Assembly: GCA_046757025.1 (NCBI GenBank)
Contig: JBHHXN010000124.1
Location: forward strand, 1-15,493
Source: a bacterium
GTDB taxonomy: Bacteria > Zhuqueibacterota > Zhuqueibacteria > Oceanimicrobiales > Oceanimicrobiaceae
Length of the DNA: 15,493 nt
Direction: 5' to 3'
Notes under the pieces: generated by a model
Told to the model about the DNA's origin: nothing
The model's input: the letters and a program-made list of their open reading frames with translations, nothing else
Database searches by the model: none
Made by a program: the position numbers and the translations under genes
In this document: one piece after another, positions 1 to 7,698 of the stretch
How the letters are laid out: each line of letters opens with the position of its first letter
Numbering within the stretch: the first letter of the stretch is position 1

Positions 1-297
1 AAACTCGATGTTGAGGCACGCTCACTTTCGGTGCGCCCGATGAAAAACAAGTGGGCATCGTGTTCGACAAACGGTAACCTTAATTTTAGTTCCGAGCTAC
101 TTGAATTAGACAAAGAGATCGCGGATTACGTCATTGTGCATGAACTGCTGCATTTCTTTGTCCCGAATCACGGCAAATTGTGGAAGAGTTTGATGCGGGT
201 GCATCTCGGAGATTATGAAAGTATTGAGGCAAAACTTAAGAAGGGAGCACATAACATCAGTTTGCAGCTGACAAAGGGCGCCGGTTCTCTGGGTTAG
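1..297 (+). CDS. M48/YgjP-like (DUF45, SprT-like) zinc metallopeptidase, 5'-truncated by the window edge
   Basis: Frame is open from base 1 (KLDVEARSLSVRPMKNKWASCS...). It contains KWASCS, DYVIVHELLH (HExxH) and PNHGKLW, typical of YgjP-like proteins. Stop TAG at 295-297. Confidence 0.85.
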   Translation, partial: KLDVEARSLSVRPMKNKWASCSTNGNLNFSSELLELDKEIADYVIVHELLHFFVPNHGKLWKSLMRVHLGDYESIEAKLKKGAHNISLQLTKGAGSLG

Positions 298-348
298 TTT
301 TGTGGTCTCTTGAAGGTCTTTTGAAACAGTAAGTTAAGTGCACTCAAG

Positions 349-572
349 TACGGTTATCCAGTTAACTCAGCTTGAACTTATAAAAGCTCTTTTCGATTGA
401 TATAAACCTTAATCGTCATGCCCGCGAAGGCGGGCATCCAGAGGTTTCGACCGCCTCAAATCTTTGTTTCTAAATGGATTCCCGCTTTCGCGGGAATGAC
501 TGACTATAGCATTCTTCTTTTAAATACTGAATTCAGTAATAACCCCGTTTCTGAGCTAACTGGATAGCCGTA
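349..572. mobile_element. MITE-like non-autonomous element, 224 bp, with 22-bp terminal inverted repeats and a 9-bp target duplication
   Basis: TACGGTTATCCAGTTAACTCAG (349-370) and CTGAGCTAACTGGATAGCCGTA (551-572) are inverted repeats with 2 mismatches. GCACTCAAG flanks both ends directly (340-348, 573-581). No ORF inside. Confidence 0.85.
415..500. repeat. REP-like palindromic doublet inside the MITE
   Basis: GTCATGCCCGCGAAGGCGGGCATCCA (415-440) and its inverted partner TGGATTCCCGCTTTCGCGGGAATGAC (475-500). Each unit is itself a hairpin. Confidence 0.85.
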
Positions 573-718
573 GCACTCAAGCCCTTTGCAACTGAAACTC
601 GGTGTTATATGCTATGTTGTTTGCAGTATAAAAGGCAGTACTCATATAAAAACAGGAAGGTTCAGAAACCTTTGTGTAAACATTCAACCAATTAACCTAT
701 TTAAGGAGGGAATGAATC

Positions 719-1195
719 ATGCGAATTAAAAATGTAACCGTCTCTGCAGTTACCGTCTCACTGTTATTGCTAATCAACGTAAGTTGCAACACGGTACAGC
801 AAGACAACGCCAAAACCCGTGATGCCATCGTTGCTGCTAACGAACAATTCATGACAGCTTTCAGCAAAAATGATGATGCAGCCATGGCGGCCCTGTATAC
901 GGAAGATGCAAAGTTGATGCCTAGCAACAGCGATTTCGTCAGCGGAAACGAAGCCGTGCAAGCTTTTTGGAAGTCAGTATTTGGCATGGGCATAAAAAAA
1001 GCGAAACTTGAAACTTTGGAAGTAGAAGGGATGGGTGACACAGCATGTGAAGTCGGGAAATACACGCTCTACATTGAAGGAGAACAAGTGGCTGATTCCG
1101 GAAAATATGTTGTAATCTGGAAAATGGTGAACGGGCAATGGAAATTGCATCGTGATATCTGGAACACAAGTATGCCGGCACAGCCGCAATCATAA
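719..1195 (+). CDS. NTF2-like superfamily protein (DUF4440/YybH/SnoaL-like), probably exported or a lipoprotein
   Basis: AANEQFMTAF...DAAMAALYTEDAKLMP...GKYVVIWKMVNGQWKLHRDIWN is the typical pattern. The hydrophobic N-terminus ends in NVSC. AGGAGG lies upstream. Confidence 0.85.
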   Translation: MRIKNVTVSAVTVSLLLLINVSCNTVQQDNAKTRDAIVAANEQFMTAFSKNDDAAMAALYTEDAKLMPSNSDFVSGNEAVQAFWKSVFGMGIKKAKLETLEVEGMGDTACEVGKYTLYIEGEQVADSGKYVVIWKMVNGQWKLHRDIWNTSMPAQPQS

Positions 1196-1226
1196 TAACC
1201 TAAAACATATTCACGGTTCCATAGAT

Positions 1227-1303
1227 AATCAGGGGCGGGCGGGTTTCTCCCCCGCCCTCCCCACAATCCCAACACTTCGGGACGGGTCCGCACAGGGCGT
1301 TTC
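1227..1303 (-). mobile_element. Degenerate group II (class C-like) intron 3' end, domains V-VI remnant
   Basis: The minus strand reads GAAACGCCCTGTGCGGACCCG...TTGTGGGGAGGGCGGGGGAGAAACCCGCCCGCCCCTGATT. This resembles IIC intron DV (CGC triad) and DVI with a near-canonical terminus. No reverse transcriptase ORF or 5' end was found. Confidence 0.6.
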
Positions 1304-1363
1304 ATCGCAGGATGAATCAACATAAAATGCGAAAATAATCTTTCAAATTTACAAGGCTGGCGA

Positions 1364-1552
1364 TTGCCGCCGCACCGGAGAGAGTCTGGATTTACCGCGC
1401 CGGTGGCCTTGTTGCTGTTTCAGTTCATCGACAGCATCATGGCTCGCCAACAGTTGTTAGGAATCCGAGAGCGCATAGAACGCTACAGTGCCCGCACATC
1501 GAATCCGACCGATCCAGAAACCGGCGATGTTGATCAAATACCAACTCTATGA
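1364..1552 (+). pseudogene. Possible 3' fragment of an uncharacterised gene
   Basis: LLLFQFIDSIMARQQLLGIRERIER looks like a real amphipathic C-terminal helix. There is only a weak TTG start, no RBS, and it abuts the intron remnant. Confidence 0.3.
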
Positions 1553-1715
1553 GACAATTTATGCCTCTGGTGAATCAGCCGGAGTGCCTGGAAAGGAAGG
1601 AGCGGCAGTGTCCCGTCAGGCTGTAATCGATGACGGAATATTTCCGTACAAATAAAGCCTTTGGAGTGAAATTAAGACTGCTTTATAAAAAATCAAACTC
1701 ATTGTGGAGGAAATC

Positions 1716-2510
1716 ATGAAGGTCAATAAATTTATCTTACTGATTGCCAGCATCTTTGTGCTCGCTGGGTGCACTTCTTCTCAACCTGATCGCTTTTCTG
1801 GTAGAATCATCGATCTGACCCACACCTATGATAAAAACGCCATTTTCTGGCCTACAGCAAAAGAATTTGAATTGGAAAATGTATTTGCGGATTTTACCGA
1901 CAATGGCTACTATTACACCGCCAACAATTTTTGCATGGCCGAGCACGGCGGCACCCACATCGATGCACCCATCCATTTCTTTAAAGACCGTAATACCCTC
2001 GACGCCATTCCGCTTGACCAGCTCATCGGTCAGGGGGCGGTGATCGATGTCACCGCTAAATGCGCGGACAATCCGGATTATTTGGTGAGTGTTTCTGATT
2101 TCACCGCCTGGGAAGAGACCCACGGCCGCCGGCTCGACGACGTCATCGTGCTCATGAATACCGGCTTTCATAAATTCTGGCCGGATCGCATAAAATACAT
2201 GGGAACCGCTGAGCGGGGACCCGAGGCCGTTCCCAAACTGCATTTTCCAGGACTGGACCCACAAGCCGCGAAATGGCTTGTAGAAAATCGCCAGATCAAA
2301 GCCATCGGACTCGACACCCCCAGCATCGACTACGGCCAGTCGAAACTTTTCGAAAGCCACGTGACCCTGTACGAGCACAACATCCCGGCGTTTGAGAACG
2401 TCGCCACTCTCAGTCAGTTGCCGGCGAAAGACTTTACGGTTATCGCGCTGCCCATGAAAATTAAAGGCGGCAGCGGCGGTCCTTTGCGCATCGTGGCGAT
2501 TGTACCATAG
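1716..2510 (+). CDS. Cyclase family (kynurenine formamidase-like) metal-dependent hydrolase, predicted lipoprotein
   Basis: Motifs IIDLTH, EHGGTHIDAPIHF (HxGTHxDxPxH), GLDTPSID, FENV and ALPMKIKGGSGGPLR. ATG 1716 follows GGAGG. Signal MKVNKFILLIASIFVLAG-C has an LAGC lipobox. Confidence 0.92.
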   Translation: MKVNKFILLIASIFVLAGCTSSQPDRFSGRIIDLTHTYDKNAIFWPTAKEFELENVFADFTDNGYYYTANNFCMAEHGGTHIDAPIHFFKDRNTLDAIPLDQLIGQGAVIDVTAKCADNPDYLVSVSDFTAWEETHGRRLDDVIVLMNTGFHKFWPDRIKYMGTAERGPEAVPKLHFPGLDPQAAKWLVENRQIKAIGLDTPSIDYGQSKLFESHVTLYEHNIPAFENVATLSQLPAKDFTVIALPMKIKGGSGGPLRIVAIVP

Positions 2511-2691
2511 GCATGCTGCCGCTGCAAACCGAACGCAGGAAAGCAGCTTCCCCATAATATTCAATATTCAGTCAGCGAGCCGGTTTATTTTCTTCACTTA
2601 AATTCTTAATTTGAAATCCAGCGCTGCCTGCGTTCACAATGAACTCAAATATTGTCCTAACTCATACCGAGTCATTTATTAAAAATCTCAA

Positions 2692-2718
2692 GCAACCCTC
2701 TTGTAAATTTGCATGTCT
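2692..2718 (+). promoter_or_regulatory. Candidate ECF-type promoter GCAAC-N17-TGTCT upstream of the ECF sigma gene
   Basis: AAC-containing -35 (2692-2696) and GTC-containing -10 (2714-2718) with ECF-like spacing, about 50 nt before the TTG start. Confidence 0.4.
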
Positions 2719-2766
2719 TACTAAACGAAACTCGAGATTAAAATCAAATAAAACACGGAGTCAAGA

Positions 2767-3390
2767 TTGCCGCCGGCTGCATCAGGATTTAATTCAAGCA
2801 GTAATCAAATTCGAACAAGTAGTGGATTCTCAACTAATGAAGCCGCGTTGATAGCGCGCTGTCAAAACGGCGAACGCCAGGCGCAATTTGAACTCTATCA
2901 AACACACAAAGACTGGGTTTACAACATCGCTTTTCGCATGACCCATCACAAACAGGAAACCGAGGATATCTGCCAGACCGTGTTCTTGCATGTGTTTAAA
3001 AAAATCCATGGCTTTCGCGGCGAGGCGGCTCTGTCATCCTGGCTTTATCGAATTGCGGTGAACACCTGCATCAACCATTTACGAAAAGAAAAAAAGCGAA
3101 AAGCTAAAATCGTGCAGGAGTTCTCAGATTTTAACAAAAACAAGATACAAGAAAACGCCGGCGAAAATGAGCAGTTCAGTTTAAAGCCTTTTCTGGAGAA
3201 AGGCATTGGTGCGCTGCCGCAAGGCTACCGCATGGTTTTTATTCTGCACGATATCGAGGGCTACAATCACAAAGAAATCGCTGAAATGATGAATATCGCC
3301 GAAGGCACCTCCAAATCGCAGCTTCATAAAGCTAGAAAAGAGCTCAGGCAGTTTCTCAAACCGTTTGTGTTGATGAATCAATCAATTTAA
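2767..3390 (+). CDS. ECF-family RNA polymerase sigma factor
   Basis: Region 2 (EDICQTVFLHVF...FRGEAALSSWLYRIAVNTCINHLRK) and region 4 (LPQGYRMVFILHDIEGYNHKEIAEMMNIAEGTSKSQLHKAR). TTG start 6 nt after GGAG; exact start uncertain. Confidence 0.95.
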   Translation: MPPAASGFNSSSNQIRTSSGFSTNEAALIARCQNGERQAQFELYQTHKDWVYNIAFRMTHHKQETEDICQTVFLHVFKKIHGFRGEAALSSWLYRIAVNTCINHLRKEKKRKAKIVQEFSDFNKNKIQENAGENEQFSLKPFLEKGIGALPQGYRMVFILHDIEGYNHKEIAEMMNIAEGTSKSQLHKARKELRQFLKPFVLMNQSI

Positions 3391-3402
3391 GGATGATTAC
3401 AA

Positions 3403-4203
3403 ATGAAGTGTCAAAAAGTTCAAAATAAGTTCTCAGATTTCCTGGATGACCAGTTGACCGAAGACAGCAAACTAAAAGTCGCTGCTCACTTGAAAAGCTG
3501 TAATGAATGTTCTGCGGAACTTCGGGCTCTGCAGGCAATCGTTGCCGAGGCGGCGACTTTTGAGTCGGTGCCGGCGCCCGACACGCTTTGGTCACGCATT
3601 GAAACGCAGCTCGACGCCCAACACGAATCTAATTTTTCAAAAGTACGAAACTGGTTTTCGGAAATCGGCAGCCGAATTTCGAACAGCCTGCCGGCGCCGG
3701 CCAGGCAACTGGCGGGTGTGGCGGCCATCTTAGTAATCGGCGTGATGATCGGCCGCTACTTTTTGCCGAAAAACCAAACAGAACAGGCCACGAAAATTTC
3801 TGCCGAACCTTCACGACAGTACACGTTGATCAATCAGCGCACCAATCAGTATTTGGAAAAATCCAAAATCCTGTTTCTCGGGGTCATTAACGCCGACCCC
3901 CGCCAAGTGAAAGAGATGGATTGGAGTACGGAAAAAAACATCGCACAGAATTTGGTTCGAGACGCGGCCTTTTTGAAAGATAACCTCTCTGAAAAAAACA
4001 ACGCACAAGTGCGACTACTCGTACAAGATCTGGAGCTCATCCTTCTGGAGCTGGCCAATCTGGAAGATAAATTTGACGTTGAAAATATCGAGATGATCCA
4101 AAGCGGTATCGAACGACAGGGCGTGCTTTTGAAAATCAATTTATACGACATGAGTGAACAAAAAATTGTCCCTGAAAACAATCTGTCCACGGAGAACCTT
4201 TAA
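3403..4203 (+). CDS. Zinc-binding (zf-HC2/ZAS) transmembrane anti-sigma factor
   Basis: MKC...HLKSCNEC (HxxxCxxC), one transmembrane helix (LAGVAAILVIGVMIG) and a C-terminal helical domain. Lies directly downstream of the ECF gene. Confidence 0.9.
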   Translation: MKCQKVQNKFSDFLDDQLTEDSKLKVAAHLKSCNECSAELRALQAIVAEAATFESVPAPDTLWSRIETQLDAQHESNFSKVRNWFSEIGSRISNSLPAPARQLAGVAAILVIGVMIGRYFLPKNQTEQATKISAEPSRQYTLINQRTNQYLEKSKILFLGVINADPRQVKEMDWSTEKNIAQNLVRDAAFLKDNLSEKNNAQVRLLVQDLELILLELANLEDKFDVENIEMIQSGIERQGVLLKINLYDMSEQKIVPENNLSTENL

Positions 4204-4228
4204 TTCAAATAAATCTGGAGTTCAATAA

Positions 4229-5935
4229 ATGATATCATTAAAACACAGGGGGGTCGCCATTGCTCTGACGGCACTAATGCTTTTGATATTCCTGGTACCA
4301 TCTCAGGCCGAAGTTCCAGGCACCCGACTCACCAGGTTGTGGCACGCCGAATTGCAAAACGACCCGGCCTCTGCAGCCATCAAAAAAGCCAAAGATCTGA
4401 TCTTCGATGAAAATTATTCTAAAGCCATCGAAGCCCTCCGTGCTTTGATCAATAAATATCCTGAAAGCAAGTTTGTTGACGACGCCTATTTTTGGATCGC
4501 TTACAGTTTGGAAAAAGAACATAAAGACGATGAAAAGACCTTCGCCGCTTACGAGTACGTGGTGGAGCATTTTCCCAAAAGCGAATGGGCCAACGACGCC
4601 AGAACCAATATGGTCAAGTTAGCGAAAAAGTTGTACGCCCGCGGTCTCAGCAAATACAGAGCCTATCTGCAAAAATCCGGCGAGGATGCGGATGAAGACG
4701 TCAAAATAGCCGCCTTGGCAGCCCTGGGTCAGCTCGATGATGAAGAAGCCCTGCCCATTTTAAAAGAGGTGCTCAAAACCAGCGCCAGCCGAAGGGTCAA
4801 GGACAAAGCCGTTTACGCCATCAGTCAGATCGGCGGACCCGAGGCGATTAAGATATTAACCGAGCTAGCCAAAACGGACCCAGACACGAAGATTCAGGAA
4901 AAGGCAGTCTTCTGGATCGGCCAGGAAGGCCGCGTTGAAAACCTGAATTCCTTGCTCGATATTTTCAACACCGCGAAAAGCCGGCAGGTTCGAGAAAAGT
5001 GTGTATTTGCTTTCAGCCAGATTGGCGGCCCGCGCGCCATCGAAATATTAACCAACATCGCCAAAACCGATCCAGATCCGGAAATTCAGGAAAAAGCTAT
5101 TTTCTGGATCGGACAAGAGGGCGGTGAGAAAAGCATCGATGCGCTGTTAGATATCTTCAACAGTACAAACCATTCTCAAATTCGGGAAAAAATCGTCTTC
5201 TCCATCAGCCAGGTGGGCGGCAGCCGCGCTGTCGCGATTCTCGAGGATTTTGCCAAACGGGATTCCGAGCCGGCAGTGCAGGAAAAAGCCATTTTCTGGA
5301 TCGGCCAGGAAGGCAGCTCTAAAAGTCTGGACGCGCTGCTCGAAATTTTCAAATCCACCCAAAACCGCGAAGCCAAAGAAAAAATCGTCTTCTCTATCAG
5401 TCAAATTGGGGGAGAGCGCGCCATGAGCATACTGGAAAATTTCGCCAAGAATGACCGGAATCCGGCCATTCAAGAAAAGGCCATTTTCTGGATCGGACAG
5501 GAAGGCGGCGCTGGTAATTTAGACAGACTTCTGGCGATCTACAAAGTCGCCAAAAATCGGGAAGTAAAAGAAAAAATCGTCTTTTCCATCAGTCAGGTGG
5601 GTGGCGAGCGCGCCATGAGCATCCTGGAAGACTTTGCCAAAGACGATTCCGATCCCGCAGTGCAGGCCAAAGCGATTTTCTGGATCGGGCAGGAAGGCGG
5701 CTCGAAAAACGTCACCAAACTGGCGGATATTTACAACACCACACAAAATTTTGAAGCAAAAGAAAAAGTGATCTTTTCCATGAGCCAAATGGGGACCAAG
5801 GAAGCCATCGCCTTTTTAATCGACGTCGCCAAAAGCGACGACCAACTGGAGCTGCGCAAAAAAGCCATTTTCTGGCTTGGTCAATCCAACGATCCCCGGG
5901 CTCGGGACGCCCTGTTAGAAATCATCAACAAATAA
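4229..5935 (+). CDS. Exported TPR plus HEAT/PBS-lyase repeat protein
   Basis: Signal peptide (…LMLLIFLVPSQA). BamD/CpoB-like TPR segment (YSKAIEALRALINKYPESKFVDDAYFWIAYS). About 13 HEAT-like repeats alternating KEKIVFSISQ and QEKAIFWIGQ. Confidence 0.9.
   Translation: MISLKHRGVAIALTALMLLIFLVPSQAEVPGTRLTRLWHAELQNDPASAAIKKAKDLIFDENYSKAIEALRALINKYPESKFVDDAYFWIAYSLEKEHKDDEKTFAAYEYVVEHFPKSEWANDARTNMVKLAKKLYARGLSKYRAYLQKSGEDADEDVKIAALAALGQLDDEEALPILKEVLKTSASRRVKDKAVYAISQIGGPEAIKILTELAKTDPDTKIQEKAVFWIGQEGRVENLNSLLDIFNTAKSRQVREKCVFAFSQIGGPRAIEILTNIAKTDPDPEIQEKAIFWIGQEGGEKSIDALLDIFNSTNHSQIREKIVFSISQVGGSRAVAILEDFAKRDSEPAVQEKAIFWIGQEGSSKSLDALLEIFKSTQNREAKEKIVFSISQIGGERAMSILENFAKNDRNPAIQEKAIFWIGQEGGAGNLDRLLAIYKVAKNREVKEKIVFSISQVGGERAMSILEDFAKDDSDPAVQAKAIFWIGQEGGSKNVTKLADIYNTTQNFEAKEKVIFSMSQMGTKEAIAFLIDVAKSDDQLELRKKAIFWLGQSNDPRARDALLEIINK
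4790..5885 (+). repeat. Intragenic tandem repeat with an exact 192-nt (64-aa) period
   Basis: TTCTGG (Phe-Trp) anchors fall at 4910, 5102, 5294, 5486, 5678 and 5870, each 192 nt apart. Long near-identical stretches recur, e.g. GAAAAAATCGTCTTYTCYATCAG and GAGCGCGCCATGAGCAT. Confidence 0.9.
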
Positions 5936-7527
5936 TGAAGGAAAGAGTCATGCAAACAAAACGAGATCTTAGTATTTTGGTCAGCATCATTGTGATTTGC
6001 TTTTATTGGGGAAAGAATTTGCATGCACAAGCGGTTTACCTTCACCCCAATCCGAAAAAAGCTCTGTCGCAAAAATGGCGCTGGGCTGAAAGTCAGATCA
6101 CGAAACAGCGATTCGAGGATGGCTTCTGGATCGGCTTCAGCATCGAAAAAATGATGGCGGCCAATTCCTGGACTGGCAGTTTTTACGATCCGCCGCTGCC
6201 CAATGTACCGCCGTTGAGCGAACTGATTTACGGCATTCGACCCGAAAAGCTCTCACCTGAAATGTCGGACGAGGAAGCAATTAAGGAAGCGGCCCGCCGC
6301 GCCCTGGAAAAACTCAATCGACAAAAGAGTCCTAAATTGGATCTGGCCGGCAGCGGCTCAAATAAAGTGCTAAAAGAACTTGCCATTCTGTTATTCTTTG
6401 ATGCGAATGGGGTAAAACCCGAAAATATCAAAGAGATCAAAAAGAGCAATTTAGCGCTGCAGGTGGAATTGCACAATCTGCCGCTGCTCTGGCTTGGCAA
6501 AACCCAATCCGAAGAAAGCATCGATTTCTTAGAAAACCTCTTTCAAAAAGCGTCCACCCCTGAACTTCAGGAAGAGCTACTGTCCGCTCTGGGACTGTTC
6601 ACAAATCATCCCCGTGTGTTTAAATTACTGAAATCTATCGTGACCTCACAGAGGTCCGCCGACGTGCGCAATGAAGCGCTGTATCGATTGAGTCAATTCG
6701 AACCTTCAGACATTTTGATCGCGTTTTTTTCGAAGCGGGTATTTGAAGATCAGGACACAGACATGCAAAAGGAAGCCCTTTACCGACTGTCTAATTTTTC
6801 GACAAAATCCGTGGTGGATGAAATAGTGAAAATTGCTCAAACCCACAAAAATAGTGGCATGCGCAAAGAAGCGCTCTATCGTTTGAGCCGTAAAAATCCA
6901 TCCACGCAGGTTGTGGAAGCCCTGGAATGGAGCGCTTTTCACGACGCCGATGTCGAAGTCCAGAAAGAAGCCTTGTATCGCCTAGCCAATCTCAACCAGA
7001 CGGACGCCGTCGATAAAATCATTAAAGTCGCCAGGACGCATCTGGATAAAGACGTGCGCAAAGAAGCCATCTACCGATTGGCTAAACAAAAATCCAAGGA
7101 ACAGACGCTGCGGGTACTTCGTGAAATCGCCTTTACCGATCCCGACTCAGAGGTGCAGAAAGAAACGGTTTATCGGGTGGCTCAGTTTTCCAAAAACGCC
7201 GGATCGAATTTGCTCATTGAAATTGCTAACACGCACCCGAACCGCTCTGTCCGAAAAGAAGCGATTTACCGGCTGATGCACGTAGCCACCCAAAAAGCTG
7301 TGGACATGCTGGAAAGCATCACCCTGAAAGACGAAGACACGGCCATCCAGAAAGAGGCCCTGTACACAATTTCAAGGTTGTCCCCCGAGGTCAGCATTCC
7401 GCTGCTGATCAAGATTGCGGAAACCCACAAAAATCCGGCCATTCGTAAAGAGGCCATCTACCGACTGGGCCTTAGCGATGACAAACGAGCCATCGAAGCC
7501 TTGCAGAAAATCGTGCTGGAAAAGTAA
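5935..7527 (+). CDS. Exported HEAT-repeat protein with an uncharacterised N-terminal domain
   Basis: Hydrophobic N-terminus ending NLHA-QA and nine (R/Q)KEALYRL-type repeats. The start overlaps the upstream stop (TAATG); ATG 5950 is an alternative start. Confidence 0.88.
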   Translation: MKERVMQTKRDLSILVSIIVICFYWGKNLHAQAVYLHPNPKKALSQKWRWAESQITKQRFEDGFWIGFSIEKMMAANSWTGSFYDPPLPNVPPLSELIYGIRPEKLSPEMSDEEAIKEAARRALEKLNRQKSPKLDLAGSGSNKVLKELAILLFFDANGVKPENIKEIKKSNLALQVELHNLPLLWLGKTQSEESIDFLENLFQKASTPELQEELLSALGLFTNHPRVFKLLKSIVTSQRSADVRNEALYRLSQFEPSDILIAFFSKRVFEDQDTDMQKEALYRLSNFSTKSVVDEIVKIAQTHKNSGMRKEALYRLSRKNPSTQVVEALEWSAFHDADVEVQKEALYRLANLNQTDAVDKIIKVARTHLDKDVRKEAIYRLAKQKSKEQTLRVLREIAFTDPDSEVQKETVYRVAQFSKNAGSNLLIEIANTHPNRSVRKEAIYRLMHVATQKAVDMLESITLKDEDTAIQKEALYTISRLSPEVSIPLLIKIAETHKNPAIRKEAIYRLGLSDDKRAIEALQKIVLEK

Positions 7528-7580
7528 AGTTATTTCCAACTACTCAGGCATCGACGCTGTCCAAATAGTCCGTGAAGCCG

Positions 7581-7649
7581 GTCATTCCCACGGAAGCGGA
7601 AATCTACAATTTGTTGATTTTGCTGGATTCCAGCTTCCGCAGAAATGAC
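7581..7649. repeat. Degenerate REP-like palindromic doublet between two HEAT genes
   Basis: GTCATTCCCACGGAAGCGGAAATCTA (7581-7606) and TGGATTCCAGCTTCCGCAGAAATGAC (7624-7649) are decayed copies of the 415-500 doublet. Confidence 0.75.
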
Positions 7650-7698
7650 GCCTTTTTGTTGAATCGTGACAATCCTTTTTTCAAATGAGGAAACAAAT

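Larger units (their letters stand above)
247..612 (+). other. Integron attC-like recombination site, interrupted by a MITE at 349-572
   Basis: The left arm GCACATAAC-ATCAG-TTTGCAGCTG-ACAAAGGGC (247-279) pairs with the right arm GCCCTTTG-CAACTGAAA-CTCGGT-GTTATATGC (581-612). It has AAC/GTT cores, 5-nt and 6-nt spacers, and two unpaired bases in the left arm. About 129 bp core-to-core once the insertion is removed. Confidence 0.75.

Noticed and set aside
1190..1226. Second intact attC after the DUF4440 gene (AATAAC near 1194-1199)
   Set aside because: No complementary L'/R' arm could be found downstream.
1560..1650. Small hairpins (CCGTCA…TGACGG, ACGGAATATTTCCGT) as a riboswitch or ncRNA before the cyclase gene
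   Set aside because: Short stems only, with no riboswitch consensus I can recognise.
2513..2560. GC-rich hairpin after the cyclase gene as an intrinsic terminator
   Set aside because: Imperfect stem and no adjacent U-tract.
1737..2564. 275-aa minus-strand ORF
   Set aside because: Antisense shadow of the well-supported cyclase gene, with no recognisable motifs.
2639..2851. 70-aa ORF overlapping the start of the sigma gene
   Set aside because: No motif or RBS, and it overlaps the likely promoter and the ECF coding start.
4790..5885. Regularly spaced DNA repeats as a CRISPR array
   Set aside because: The period is 192 nt and in frame, the intervening sequence is homologous, and it encodes HEAT repeats.
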